NCBI RefSeq assembly: GCF_963921235.1
Contig: NC_086097.1
Span: 255,628,001 to 255,692,000, forward strand
Direction: 5' to 3'
DNA from: Mobula hypostoma
Taxonomy: Eukaryota
Length of the DNA stretch: 64,000 nt
A model generated the notes under the pieces. It did no database searches and was not told the DNA's origin. It saw nothing but the letters and a program-made list of their open reading frames with translations. The position numbers and the translations under genes were made by a program. This document shows, one piece after another, positions 25,601-38,732 of the stretch. Each line of letters begins with the position of its first letter. Within the stretch, counting starts at the first letter, position 1.

Positions 25601-28600
25601 TTGAAATTTGATAGGAAGAAAGTAAAGTCTGACATAGCAGTATTTCAGTGGAGTGAAGGAAATTACAGCGGTATGAGAAAGGAGTTGGCCAGAGTAAACT
25701 GGAAGGAGCTGGTGGGAGGATGACACCAGAGCAGAAGTGGAGTGAGTTCCTGAAAAAATGAGGAAGGTGCAGGACAGATGTATTCTTAAAATGAAGAAAT
25801 ACTCAAATGGCAAAATAATACAACTGTGGCTGACAAGGGAAGTCAAGGCTAATATATAAACAAAAGTGAGGGCATACAACAAAGCAAAACTTAGTAGGGA
25901 GACAGGATTTGAGAAGTTTTAAAAACCTACAGTGAGCAACTAAAAGAACGATGAGGGAAAATATGAAATATGAAAGCAAGCTAACAAACACTATCAAAGT
26001 GGATAGTAAAAGATTTTTCAAGTCTGTTAAAAATAAAAGAGAATTGAGAGCAGATACAAGACCTCTAGAAAATGATGCCAGAGAAATAATAAGGGGGATC
26101 AAGGAGACGGCAGATGAACTAAATGAGTATTTTGCATCAGTTTTTACTGTGGAAGACACTAGCAGTGTGCCAGATGTTGAAGGATGTGAGGGAAGAGAAG
26201 TGAGTGCACTTGCTATTACAAGAGAGAAGGTGCTCAAAAAACTGAAAGACCTATGGGTACATAAGTCACGCGGATCAGATATACTGCACCCTGAAAGAGG
26301 GAGCGGTAGAGATTGTGGAACATTAGCAATGATCTTACAAAATTCATTGGACTCTGGCATGGTGTCAGAGGACTGGAAAATTATATATGTCACTCCACTC
26401 TTTAAGAAAGATGGAAGGCAGCAGAAAGGAAATTATAGACCAGTTAACCTGACCTCATTGGTCGGGAAGATGTTAACAGTCAATTGTTAAGGATGAGGTT
26501 ATGGAGTACTTGGTGACACAGGACAAGATAGTACAAAGTCAGTGTGGTTTCCTTCAGGGAAAATCTTGCCAGATGAACCTACTGGAATTCTTTAAGAAGA
26601 TTACAAGTAGGATGAAGGGAATGCAGTGGATGTTATATATTTGGACTTCCAGATGGCCTTTTACAAGGTGCCACACAAGAGGCTGCTTACCTAGTTAAGA
26701 GCCCATGGTATTACAGGAAAGTTTGTGGCATGGTTAGGAGGCAGCGAGTGGGAAGAAAAGGATCCTTGTCTGATTGACTGCCAGTAACTAGTGGTGTTCC
26801 ACAGGGGCTGGTGTTGGGACAGATTTTTTTTTTTTTTAAATGCAGTACATCAATGATTTAGATGATTGAATAGATGGCTTTGTTGCCAAGTTTGCAGATA
26901 ATACAAAGATTGGTGGAGGGGCAGGTAGTGTTGAGGAAATGGGTAGGCTGCAGAAGGACTTGGATTAGAAGAATCGGCAAGGAAGTGGCAATTGAAATAC
27001 AACGCTGAAAAATGCACGGTCATGCACTTTTGGTAGCAGAAATAAGTGTGCGGACCATTTTCCAAATAGGGTGAAAATCCAAAAATCTGAGAAGAAAAAG
27101 GACTTGGAGTCCTTGTGCAGAACACCCTGAAGGTTAACTTGCAGGTTGAGTAAGTGGTAAGGAAGGCAAATGCAATGCTAGCGTTCATTTCTAGAGGTCT
27201 TGAATACAAGAGCATAGATTTGATGCTGAGGCTTTATAAGGCACTGGCGAGGCCCCCCCTTGCATATTGTGAACAGTTTTGGGCCCCCCATCTTAGAAAA
27301 GATGTGCTGGCATTGGAGAAGGCCCTGAGGAGGTACACAAGAATGATTCCAGGAATGAAAGGGTTATCATATGAGGAACGTTTGATGGCTCGGGGCCTGT
27401 ACTCAATGGAATTCATTTGGATTTGGGGGGGGGGGGGAAGAGAGAGAATCTCATTGAATCCTTTCAAATGTTGAAATGTCTAGACCAAGTAGATGTGGAA
27501 AGGATGTTTCCCATGGTTGGAGAGTCTAAGACAAGAGGGCACAGCTTCAGAATAGAGGGGTGCCCTTTCAAAACAGACGCGGCGAAACTTCTTTAGCCAA
27601 AGGGTGGTGAATTTGTGGAATTTGTTGCCACATGCACTGTGGAGGCCAGGTTGTTGTGTGTATTTAAGGCAGAGATTGAGGTGTTCTTGATTGGACATGG
27701 CATCAAAGTCTATGGGGTCGAGGAGGGAAAATAAAGGATCAGCCATGATCGAATGGCAGAGCAGACTCAGTGGGCCAAATAACCTAATTCTGCTTCGATG
27801 TCTTCTGGTCTTATATTAGGGTGGATAAATCCCCAGGGCCTAACAAGATGTTCTCCCTGGTATGAGTAATTGGATAGATATGGACTGATTAAGGATAGTC
27901 AGCATGGCCTCTTGCATAGTTGGTCATGTCTTAGCAATATTATATATGAGTTTTTCCAAGGAGGCTACTAAGAAAGTTGATGGAGACAAGACAATGTATG
28001 TTGTCTACGTGGACTTTAGCAAGAAATTTGACAAGGTTCTGAATGGGAGGTTAGTCTAAAAGTTCAGTCGGTCGACATTCAAGATGAGATAGTAAACAGG
28101 ATTAGACAGTGACTTCATTGGAGAAGTAGTAGTTGACGATTGTCTCTGTCTGCTGGCCTGTAGCTAGTGGGGTTTCGCAGGGACCAATGCTAGGTCCGTT
28201 GCTGTTTGTCATCTGTATCAAGGATCTGATTGATAATGTGGTTAACTGGATTAGCAAATTTAGAGACGACACCAAGATTGGAGGTGTAGTGGATAGCGAA
28301 GAAGGCTAACGTGGCTTGCAGCACTATGCGACATTGTACTTCCGTAGGACCAGCAAGGGTACATCTTACACAGTGTATGGTAGGGCACTGAGGAGCATGG
28401 CACAACAAAAGGATCTGGGAAAACAGGTCCATAATTCATTAAAAGTGGCGTCATAGGTTGATAGGGTCGTAAAGAAAGCCTTTGGTACGTCGACCTTCAT
28501 AAATCAATGTACTGAGTACTGGAGATGGGATGTTATGTTAAAGTTGCACAAGACATTAATGAGACCCAATCTGGAGTATTCTGTGCAGTTTTTGTCATCT

Positions 28601-29095
28601 ATCTACAGGAAAGATGTAAATAAGGTTTAAAGAGTACAGACAAAATTATCAAGGCTATTGCTGGATGTGGATGACCTGAATGGAAAGACTGAATAGGTTA
28701 GGACTTCGCTCCTTGGAGCGTAAAAGATTGAGGGGAGATCTGATAGAGGTAAACAAAATTATAAGGGGTAAAGATAGGCTTTTTCCACTGAGGTTGAATG
28801 GGACTACAACTGGAGATCCTGGGTTAAGTGTGAAAGGTGAAAACTGTACGGGGAACATGAATGGAAACTTCTTCACTCAGAGTGTGAATGAGAGTGTGCA
28901 ATGAGCTGCCAGCAAAAGTGGTACAAGTGAGCTCAATTTCAATGTTTCAGAAGTTTGGATAGGTACTTGGATGGCAGCACATGGAGTGCTATGGCCCAAC
29001 TGCAGGTGGATTGGAGTAGGCAGTTTAACTAGTTTGGCGAAGATTAGATGAGATGAAGGGACTGTTCCTGTGCTGTAGTTTTCTATGACTCTAAT
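22670..29095 (+). mobile_element. Cluster of degenerate and nested CR1 copies (family B copy about 23590-25355 inside another CR1; further copy 27815-29095)
   Basis: Multiple frameshifted EN/RT ORFs and CR1 3' tails at about 25350, 27810 and 29090. Confidence 0.85.
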
Positions 29096-29710
29096 ACACA
29101 TCCCCACGGGTCTGTTTCTTCCCTGTACTTTTCTGTGACTATGACTCCACAAGAATTTCTCCTTTATTTGATGGAGACAGCCGTGAGAAGCACGGAGGAA
29201 CACCTAGAGAAACTTCTGAAATGCCCGCTTCGCTGCCGCTGCTACTGTGCGATCAAGAATCTCCAGAGGGGAAGGCCCCAAATCCTCGGCTTTGCCTACT
29301 GCCTGTTGCCAGGGCCGGGGCCAAAGCGCTCTGCAGAGATGGTACTCGGTGTCGTAGAGCTAGTTGGGGGCTCGGAGTTTTCGGACAGACTTAGAGTCGG
29401 ACTGTGGTCGGATGCTTCCAGGATGCTGCATCGGCAAGTTTGCGGCGCTGGAGGTTCACCGTCTGCGTGAGATGATGGGACTTTCGAGAGACTGAGACTT
29501 TTACCATGCCCATGATCTGTTCTTATCAAATTACAGTATTGCTTTGCACTGTTGTAACTATATGTTATAATTATGTGGTTTTTGTCAGTTTTTCCAGTCT
29601 GTTTGTCATGTGTTTCTGTGATATTATTATGGAAAAAACATTGTATCATTCCTTAATGCATGCATTACTAAATGACAATAAAAGAGGACTGCGTGTCCTC
29701 ATAATCTAAT
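29095..29710 (+). mobile_element. Non-coding CpG-rich retroposon with 3' stem-loop
   Basis: AATAAA followed by GAGGAC-TGCGT-GTCCTC and an ATAATCTAAT tail. Confidence 0.5.
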
Positions 29711-29996
29711 TTCAGTGGACATGATTGGGAGGTCAACAGCAGTATTGTGGGATTGCGTGCGGGAGAAGGAAAACAAAGTGAAACCCATCAAACCTGTGCT
29801 CCCTTCCCTGTGTTGGAATGTGATTATAAAATCTTCATTTCCTGACAAGTATCCCGTTTACATTTTCCTGAAAGCCACTTTAACACAATCCCTAGTAATG
29901 TCATTAGTAACGCAAATCCCAATCTCACTCACCCAAGTAACAAATTACAGAGATAAATCGTACATGGTTACTTCAGCAGTCAGCAAGCCAACTTAC

Positions 29997-30082
29997 CATC
30001 CTTGCTCACTTTTGAATTTGTAAGCAGCACCCAGGATATGGCCTAATGCTCCCCCTGCTTTGAAATCCAGAAAGCATTTTGC
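29997..30082 (-). CDS. SMARCC1: SMARCC1 exon 3 (86 nt), AKCFLDFKAGGALGHILGAAYKFKSEQGW
   Basis: Acceptor TAG, donor GTAAGT, frame continuous with exons 2 and 4. Confidence 0.93.
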
Positions 30083-30214
30083 CTATATTTGGGAAAGAGA
30101 AACAAAACTTCAATGCTGGCTGTATATAGTTCTTGAGACCATTTAGCGTATTTTAGAAACACGTTTGAGATTGGAAATAAGCATCCATCAACAAGATCTA
30201 AGCCTTTATTTATG

Positions 30215-32745
30215 AACAACATAAAAAGTCATGAAAAGTCCTTAGCAATTAGGATTAAGGTGAATCCCAAGGCATTCTATACACAAATCAAGAATAAGAA
30301 GATAATCAAGGAGGGGGTGGAACCACTCATGGCTAAAAGAGGGAACATTTGCTTGGATGCAGAGAATGTGAATGAGCTACTTAATAAGTACTTTGCTTCA
30401 GTATTTACCAAGGAAAAGGATATGTTGTTTGGAGGACCAAACAATGCTAACTTTACAAATGCAAACACGAGGAAACCTGCAGATGCTGGAATTTCAAGCA
30501 ACACACATAAAAATTGCTGGTGAACACAGCAGGCCAGGCAGCATCTATAGGAAGAGGTAGAGTCAACGTTGACTGTACCTCTTGCTATAGATGCTGCCTG
30601 GCCTGCTGCGTTCACTAACTTTACAAATACAGTAGCACATTTAGAGGTCAAGGAGGAGGATGTGTAGGGTCTCCTAATGAGTATCAAGGTGAGTATCCCC
30701 AGGGTCTAATGGGATATACCCCATGCTATTGAAGGAAGCAAGAGACAAGATGCACTAAATGCTAGAGGAACTCAGCAGGCCAGGCTGTATCTATGGAAAA
30801 AAGTACAGTTAAAATAGATACATCTGGATTGGAGGGCATACCTTATGAAAATACGTTGAGTGTACTTGGCCTTTTCTCTTTGGAGCAACAGAGGATGAGA
30901 GGTGACCTGATAGAGGTCTATAAGATGATGAGGGGCTTTGTCATGTGGATAGCCAAAGGCTTTTTCTCAGGGCTGAAATGACTAACATGAGGGGGCATAG
31001 TTTTAAGGTGCTTGGAAATAGGTACCAAGGGGTTGTCAGGAGTAAGTTTTTCCACACAGAGAGTGGTGGGTGCGTGGAATGCACTGCCAGCAGCAGTGGT
31101 GGAAGCAGATACAATAAGGTCTTTTAAGAGCCTCTTAGATAGATACATGGAGCTTAGAAAAATAGAGGGCTATGTGCTAGGGAAATTCTAGGCAGTCTCT
31201 AGAGTAGGTTGCAAGGTCGGCACAACATTGTGGGCCAAAGGGCCTGTTATGTGCTGTAAACTTCTAATGTTCTGTAACATATTAGGCCGAGATCTAGTCC
31301 TGCCAAAGGTCTTGGTTCGAGTAAAGGACATCCATCTATTCCCCTCTATCCACTGTGCTAGCTATATCCTCAAAGAACTCCAGTAAGTTTGCCAAATGGG
31401 ACCTGCCTTTGCTAACTCCATGCAGCGTCTGCATGATAGATCCATTTCTTTCCAGATGGCAATCGATAAGATGCCACATAAAAGACTTATCCATAAGATA
31501 ATCATGCATTGGGGGTGATGCATGGACAGAGGATTAGTTAACCAATACAAAGCAGAGTTGGAGTATAAGACACTGCATCTGGAATACTGCCTGCACTTCT
31601 GGTCTCTTTACTTGAGGAAGGATATACTGGCTTTGGAGGCATGCAGAGGAAGTTCAACAGGTTGATTCCAGAGACGAGGGGGTTAGACAACGAGGAGAGA
31701 CCGAGTTGCCTGGGACTGTACTCACTGGAGTTCAGAAGTATGAGGGGAGATCTTATAGAAACATAAAATTATGAAAGGGATAGATGAGATAGAGGAAGGA
31801 AAGTTGTTTCCACTGGTAGGCGAGACCAGAACTCAGGGACATTGCCTCAAGATTTGGGGAGTAAATTTAAACAGAATTGAGGAGGAACTGCTTTTCCCCA
31901 GAGCGTATTGAATCTATGGAATTCTCTGCCCAATGAAGCAGCGGAGGCAACCTCAGTAAATATATTTAAGGGTTGGATAGATTTTTTGCATAATCAGGGA
32001 ATTAAGGGTTACGGGGAAAAAGGCAGGTAGGTGGAGATGAGTTCAAGCTCAGATCAGCCTTAGTCTCATTCAAGGGCGGAGCAGGCTCAACAGGCCAGAT
32101 GGCCGACTCCTGCTCCTATTTCTCATGTCTTATGTCTGAACAACAACTGAACCTCTTGACCATTTCTGCAAGCTTTTATGCAATGAGTTGTTACCACATG
32201 ATTGGCTGCCGAGTTATTTGCATTAACAGGTTGTGCAAATAAAGTGGGCACTTAGTGGGAAAGTGGAGAAGGGAATGAATGGCAGATGGAATTTAACAAG
32301 ACGATAACATGGAAATGCATTTTGGGAAGTTACTTTGGACACACACTGAACGACAGAGCCCTCGGGAATATTGTTGAACAGGGAGAACCTGAGAATACCA
32401 GTACATAATACCCCAAAAATGGGAACACAGCCAGATATTTAGAGATGGCAAATGGCTTTTTGCCTTCCTGAGCAGAGGTACTGAGTACAAGAATTTGACC
32501 GTCATACAATTGTATGTGGCATTATTTAGGTTGCATATGGAGTACTGTTCCGGTCACTATAGAATCACAACTGAGCAAGAATAGTTGCCAAAAAGCTTTA
32601 GAAGGACAATAGCCAGAAGACAGGGCTCGAGTTATCAGGAGAGGTTGGATGGGCTGGGTCTGTTTTCCATGCAGCAATGCAGTTTGCAAGGTGAGAAAGA
32701 GGTTTGTGAAAATGAGAGAAATAGATATGGTACCTTGTAGACATT
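30215..32745 (+). mobile_element. Cluster of CR1 fragments with small PLE and Tc1-like inserts
   Basis: CR1 RT C-terminal fragments and 3' tails near 31270 and 32130. Confidence 0.75.
30461..30614. mobile_element. Short palindromic PLE insert
   Basis: 14-bp TSD CTAACTTTACAAAT (30447-30460, 30615-30628). Inverted arms centred on GTCAAC|GTTGAC. Confidence 0.85.
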
Positions 32746-35200
32746 TCCAAAGGTCTGACCAGGGTCCTACATTGCTGTAACATTACCTCTCGGCTCTTAA
32801 GCTCAATCCCACGGTTGATGAGGGCCAATGCACTATATGCCTTCTTGACCACAGAGTCAACCTGCACAGCAACTTTGTGTCCTATGGACTCTGACCCCAA
32901 GATCCCTCTGATCCTCCACACTGCCAAGAGTCTTACCATTAATACTATATTCTGCCATCATATTTGACCTACCAAAATGAACCACTTCACACTTATCTGG
33001 GTTGAACTATTTCTGCCACCTCTCAGCCCAGTTTTGCGTCCTATCAATGTCCCGCTATACCCTCTGACAGCCCTCCACACTATCCACAACACCTCCAACC
33101 TTTGTGTCATCAGCAAATTTAATAACCCATCCCTCCACTTCCTCATCCAGGTCATTTATAAAAATCACAAAGAGACGGAGTCCCAGAACAGATCCCTGAG
33201 GCACTCCACTGGTGACCAACCTCCATGCAGAATATGACCCGTCTACAACCACTCTTTGCCTTCTGTGAGCAAGCCAATTCTGGATCCACAAAGCAATGTC
33301 CCCTTGGATCCCATGCTTCCTTACTATCTCAATAAGCCTTGCATGGGATTACCTTATGAAATGCCCTTATGAAATGCCTTGCTGAAATCCATTACACTAC
33401 ATCTACTACTCTATCTTCAATGTGTTTAGACACATCCTCAAAAAATTCAATCAGGTTCATAAGGCACGACCTGCCTTTGACAAAGCCATGCTGACTATTC
33501 CTAATCATATTACGCCTCTCCAAATGTTCATAAATCCTGCCCCTAAGCACCTTTTCTATCAATTTACCAACCACCGAAGTAAGACTCACTGGTCTATAAT
33601 TTCCTGGGCTATCCGTACTACCTTTCTTGAATAAAGGAACAACATCTGCAACCCTCCAATCCTCTGGAATCTCTCCCATCCTCATTGATGATGCAAAGAT
33701 CATCGCCAGAGGCTCAGCAATCTCCTCCCTCGCCTCCCACAGTAGCCCGGGGTACATCTCATCCGGTTCCAGAGACTTATCCAATTTGATGCTTTCCAAA
33801 AGCTCCAGCACATCCTCTTTCTTAATGTCTATATGCTCAAGCTTTTCAATCCACTGTAAGTCATCCCTACAATCGCAAAGATCCTTTTCCATAGTGAATA
33901 CTGAAGCAAACTATCCATTAAGAATCTCTGCTATTTCCTCCGATCCCATACACACTTTTCCACTGTCACACTTGATTGGTCCTATTCTCTCACGTCTCAC
34001 CTTCTTGCTCTTCACATACCTGTAGAATGTCTTGGGGTTTTCCCCTAACCCTGCTCGCCAAAGCCTTCTCATGGCCTCTTCTGACTCTCCTAATTTCATT
34101 CTTAAGCTCCTTCCTGCTAGCCTTATACAGGTTTCCCCCACCATCCAAAGGTAGAGCGTTCCTATGAAATGGTTCGTAAGCCGGAATATCGTAAAGTGAA
34201 GAAGCAATTACCATTTATTTATATGGAAAAAATTTGTGAGCATTTGCAGACATTAACCTACCAAATCATGTCAAATAACACAAAACCTAAAATAACAGTA
34301 ACATATAGTAAAAGCAGGAATGATATGATAAATACACAGCCTATTTAAAGTAGAAATACTTTTCTACAATCATTGCCGCACTGTCCACCATAGCAAAAAT
34401 CTCACGCAAGCGCTCTCGGCAGAAACACTCTCTCCACTAACCTTTAAGCTATGAAGCTGCCAAATCATACCAAATAACACAAAAATACACAGCCTATATG
34501 ACTGCACCTCACAGGATCCATCTGTTTAACTCCTTAAGTTTGTAGACAACTGTCATTAGCCTTATCCGAAACGGTGATGAGTCTGCATACAGACGGGTGG
34601 TGGAATGGCTAGCCCTCTGGTGTGATCAGAACAATCTGGAGCTAAATACACTCAAGACTGTGGAGATGACAGTGGACTTCAGGAGGAGCCCCCCAATACT
34701 CCCCCCCACTCACTACACTCAACAGTATTGTGTCTGCTGTGGAGACCTTCAGGTTTCTGCGTGTCACAATCTCCCAGGACCTGAAAAAACACCCAACGCG
34801 GACACTCTTATCAAAAAGGCTCAGCACAGGTTGTATTTCCTACATCAACTCAGGAAGTACAACCTGCCTCAGGAGCTGCTGATTCAATTCTATTCAGGAA
34901 TAATCCAGTCTGTTCTCTGTTCATCCATCACTGTCTGGTTTGGATCAGCTACCAAACATGACAAGAATAGACTCGAAAGAACCGTCAGGGCTGCAGAAAG
35001 GATTACTGGTGTGAAGCTGCCCTCGATCCAGGACTTATATGCATCTAGAGTCAGGAAGCGAGCAAGCAGCATCATTGTAGACCCATCACACCCTGGACAT
35101 CGCAATCACGAGGAATTCTGCAGATGCTGGAAATTCAAGGAACACATATCAAAGTTGCTGGTGAACGCAGCAGGCCAGGCAGCATCTCTAGGAAGAGGTA

Positions 35201-35238
35201 CAGTCGACGTTTCAGGCCGAGACCCTTCGTCAGGACTA
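35201..35238 (-). ncRNA. Minimal type I hammerhead ribozyme motif (intact core) in a short PLE insert (about 35102-35245)
   Basis: UAGUC-CUGACGA-AGGGUCUCGGCCU-GAAA-C-GUC/GACUG. Helix I UAGUC:GACUG, full core, palindromic ACGU helix III. Predicted cut between 35206 and 35205. Confidence 0.8.
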
Positions 35239-36008
35239 ACTGACATCACTCTGGACATCACCTGTTCCAAATCCTTCCTTCTGGTAGGCGCTTTGTCCCG
35301 GTGAGGAAGATAAAGAATGGTAGGGTGAAGGAACCATGGGTGACAAGTGAGGTGGAAAATCTAGTCAGGTGGAAGAAGGCAGCATACATGAGGTTTAGGA
35401 AGCAAGGATCAGATGGGTATATTGAGGAATACAGGGAATCAAGAAAGGAGCTTAAGAAGTGGCTGAGAAGAGCAAGAAGGGAGCATGAGAAGATCTTGGC
35501 GAATAGGGTAAAGGAAAACCCCAAGGCATTCTTCAATTATGTGAAGAACAAAAGGATGACAGGAGTGAAGGTAGGACCCATTAGAGATAAAGGTGGGAAG
35601 ATGGGCTCAATACAAAAGGACATGGCTTTAAGATAAGGGGTGGGAAGTTCAAGGGGGATATCAGAAGAAGGTTTTTTACTCAGAGAGTGGTTGGCACGTG
35701 GAATGCACTGCCTGAGTCAGTGGTGCAGGCAGATACACTCGTGAAGTTTAAGAGACTACTAGACAGGTATATGGAGGAATTTAAGGTGGGGGGTTATATG
35801 GGAGGCAGGGTTTGAGAGTGTCGGCACAACATTTTGGGCCGAAGGGCCTGTAATGTGCTGTACTATTCTATGTTCAATGTTTAGATCACTGTATGTCAGG
35901 ACAAATAGGTACAAGAATAGTTTCTTTCCATATGCCATCAGTCTTATGAACACTTGAACTTTAGTCTATTATAAACCAAGTCCGCCTGTACATACACAGG
36001 TATACACA

Positions 36009-38120
36009 AGCATTTAAAGGTTGCATGGATGAACTACAACAATTGTTCATCCCAGTTTGGCAAAAGAATAAATCAAGGAAGGTAGTGCACCCGTGGCTGA
36101 CAAGAGAAATTAGGGATAGTATCAATTCCAAAGAAGAAGCATACAAATTAGCCAGAGAAAGTGGCTCACCTGAGGACTGGGAGAAATTCAGAGTTCAGCA
36201 GAGGAGGACAAAGGGCTTAATTAGGAAGGGGGAAAAAAGATTATGAGAGAAAACTGGCAGGGAACATAAAAACGGACTGTAAAAGCTTTTATAGATATGT
36301 AAAAAGGAAAAGACTGGTAAAAACAAATGTAGGTCCCCTGCAGACAGAAACAGGTGAATTGATTATGGGGAGCAAGGACATGGCAGACCAATTGAATAAT
36401 TACTTTATTTATGTCCTCCTTAGTGAAGACAGAACCAATCTTCCAGAAATAGTAGGGGACAGAGGGGCCAGTGAGATGGAGGAACTGAGCGAAATACATG
36501 GTAGTAGGGAAGTGGTGTTAGATAAATTGAAGGGATTGAAGGCAGATAAATCCCCAGGGCCAGATGGTCTGCATCCTAGAGTGCTTAAGGAAGTAGCCCA
36601 AGAAATAGTGGATGCATTATTTTTCAAAACTCGTTAGATTCTGGACTAGTTCCTGAGGATTGGAGGGTGGCTAATGTAACTTCACTTTTTAAAAAAAGAG
36701 GGAGAGAGAAACCGGGGAATTATAGACCGGTTAGCCTAACGTCGGTGGTGGGGAAACTGCTGGAGTCAGTTATCAAGGATGTGATAACAGCACATTTGGA
36801 AAGCGGTGAAATGATCAGACAAAGTCAGCATGAATTTGTGAAAGGAAAATCATGTCTGACGAATCTCATAGAATTTTTTGAGGATCTAACTAGTAGAGTG
36901 GATAGGGGAGAACCAGTGGATGTGGTATATTTGGATTTTCAAAAGGCTTTTGACAAGGTCCCACACAGGAGATTAGTGTGCAAACTTAAAGCACACGGTA
37001 TTGGGGGTAAGGTATTGGTGTGGGTGGAGAATTGGTTAGCAGACAGGAAGCAAAGAGTGGGAATAAACGGGACCTTTTCAGAATGGCAGGCGGTGATTAG
37101 TGGGGTACCGCAAGGTTTAGTGCTGGGACCCCAGTTGTTTACAATATATATTAATGACTTGGATGAGGGAATTAAATGCAGCATCTCCAAGTTTGCGGAT
37201 GACACGAAGCTGGGTGGCAGTGTTAGCTGTGAGGAGGATGCTAAGAGGATGCAGGGTGACTTGGATAGGTTGGGTGAGTGGGCAAATTCATGGCAGATGC
37301 AATTTAATGTGGATAAACGTGAAGTTATCCACTTTGGTGGCAAAAATAGGAAAACAGATTATTATCTGAATGGTGGCCGATTAGGAAAAGGGGAGGTGCA
37401 CCGAGACCTGGGTGTCATTATACACCAGTCATTGAAAGTGGGCATGCAGGTACAGCAGGCGGTGAAAAAGGCGAATGGTATGCTGGCATTTATAGCGAGA
37501 GGATTTGAGTACAGGAGCAGGGAGATACTACTGCAGTTGTACAAGGCCTTGGTGAGACCACACCTGGAATATTGTGTGCAGTTTTGGTCCTCTAATCTGA
37601 GGAAAGACATCCTTGCCATAGAGAGAGTACAAAGAAGGTTCACCAGATTGATTCCTGGGATGGCAGGACTTTCATATGAAGAAAGACTGGATGAACTGGG
37701 CTTGTACTCGTTGGAATTTAGAAGATTGAGGGGGGATCTGATTGAAACGTACAGGATCCTAAAGGGATTGGACAGGCTAGATGCAGGAAGATTGTTCCCA
37801 ATGTTGGGGAAGTCCAGAACGAGGGGCCACAGTTTGAGGATAGAGGGGAAGCCTTTTCGGACAGAGATTAGGAAAAACTTCTTCACACAGAGAGTGGTGA
37901 ATCTGTGGAATTCTCTGCTACAGGAAACAGTTGAGGCCAGATCATTGGCTATATTTAAGAGGGAGTTAGATATGGCCCTTGTGGCTACAGGGGTCAGGGG
38001 GTATGGAGGGAAGGCTGGGGCGGGGTTCTGAGTTGGATGATCAGCCATGATCATAATAAATGGCGGTGCAGGCTCGAAGGGCCGAATGGCCTACTCCTGC
38101 ACCTATTTTCTATGTTTCTA
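36009..38120 (+). mobile_element. Young CR1 family A copy, 5'-truncated
   Basis: RT ORF 36667-38031 nearly identical to the 282-3140 copy; same 3' tail. Confidence 0.95.
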
Positions 38121-38696
38121 TACTTCACTGTATATAGTTCACAATTATTTGCACTATTGTTTTGTTTGCTTTTTGATTCTGTACAGCGAGAGCTCAAGGA
38201 AACTGGCACCAAATTCTCTGTATGTGTCCACATACTTGGCGACAATAAAGGATTCTGATTCTAATTCTGCCTGCCTCAAAGTCGAAGGTCGAGGTTCGGC
38301 GTCTGCTGTGGCTGATGTGGAAGGCTTGAAAAACGACGGTATGCTTGACTGCTTAGCCTCGTGCATTTTTCTATCATACAGTTCTTTGTAAGCACTCAAC
38401 CCATCCTGCAAATATGCCCTAAACCTATGTACCCTTTCAAAATTAAAATCGTACTTTTCTGCAATCATTGTTGTCAATTGCAGCGAAAATCTCACGCAGT
38501 CGCTTCACGTTCAGTTCCTGGATGACTTCACTTTCAGTCCGTTTGCTACTGCATTTGGTTTCGATTGTTATCCCTTCCTCTTCCAATTCCATCAGCTCTT
38601 CATCTATCAAGTTCTTAGTCATGGGATGCCAAAACTTCTTCCAACATCATCTCCTTCAATTTCCACAAGCCAAACTCACTTTGTTCTTACTTCTTG

Positions 38697-38732
38697 AGTC
38701 CTGACGATGGGTCTCGGCCTGAAACGTTGACT
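38697..38732 (+). ncRNA. Minimal hammerhead motif in a 102-bp PLE insert (38694-38795) within the Tigger transposase
   Basis: AGUC-CUGACGA-U-GGGUCUCGGCCU-GAAA-C-GUU/GACU. 13-bp TSD TTGTTCTTACTTC (38681-38693, 38796-38808). Confidence 0.75.

Larger units (their letters stand above)
34500..38265 (+). mobile_element. Rex1/Babar 3' portion nested in a Tigger and split by a PLE and two CR1s
   Basis: ORF 34597-35304 (LELNTLKTVEMTVDFRR, KKAQHRLYFL, CSSITVWFG); 3' UTR and (GATTCT)n tail at 38120-38265. Confidence 0.75.
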
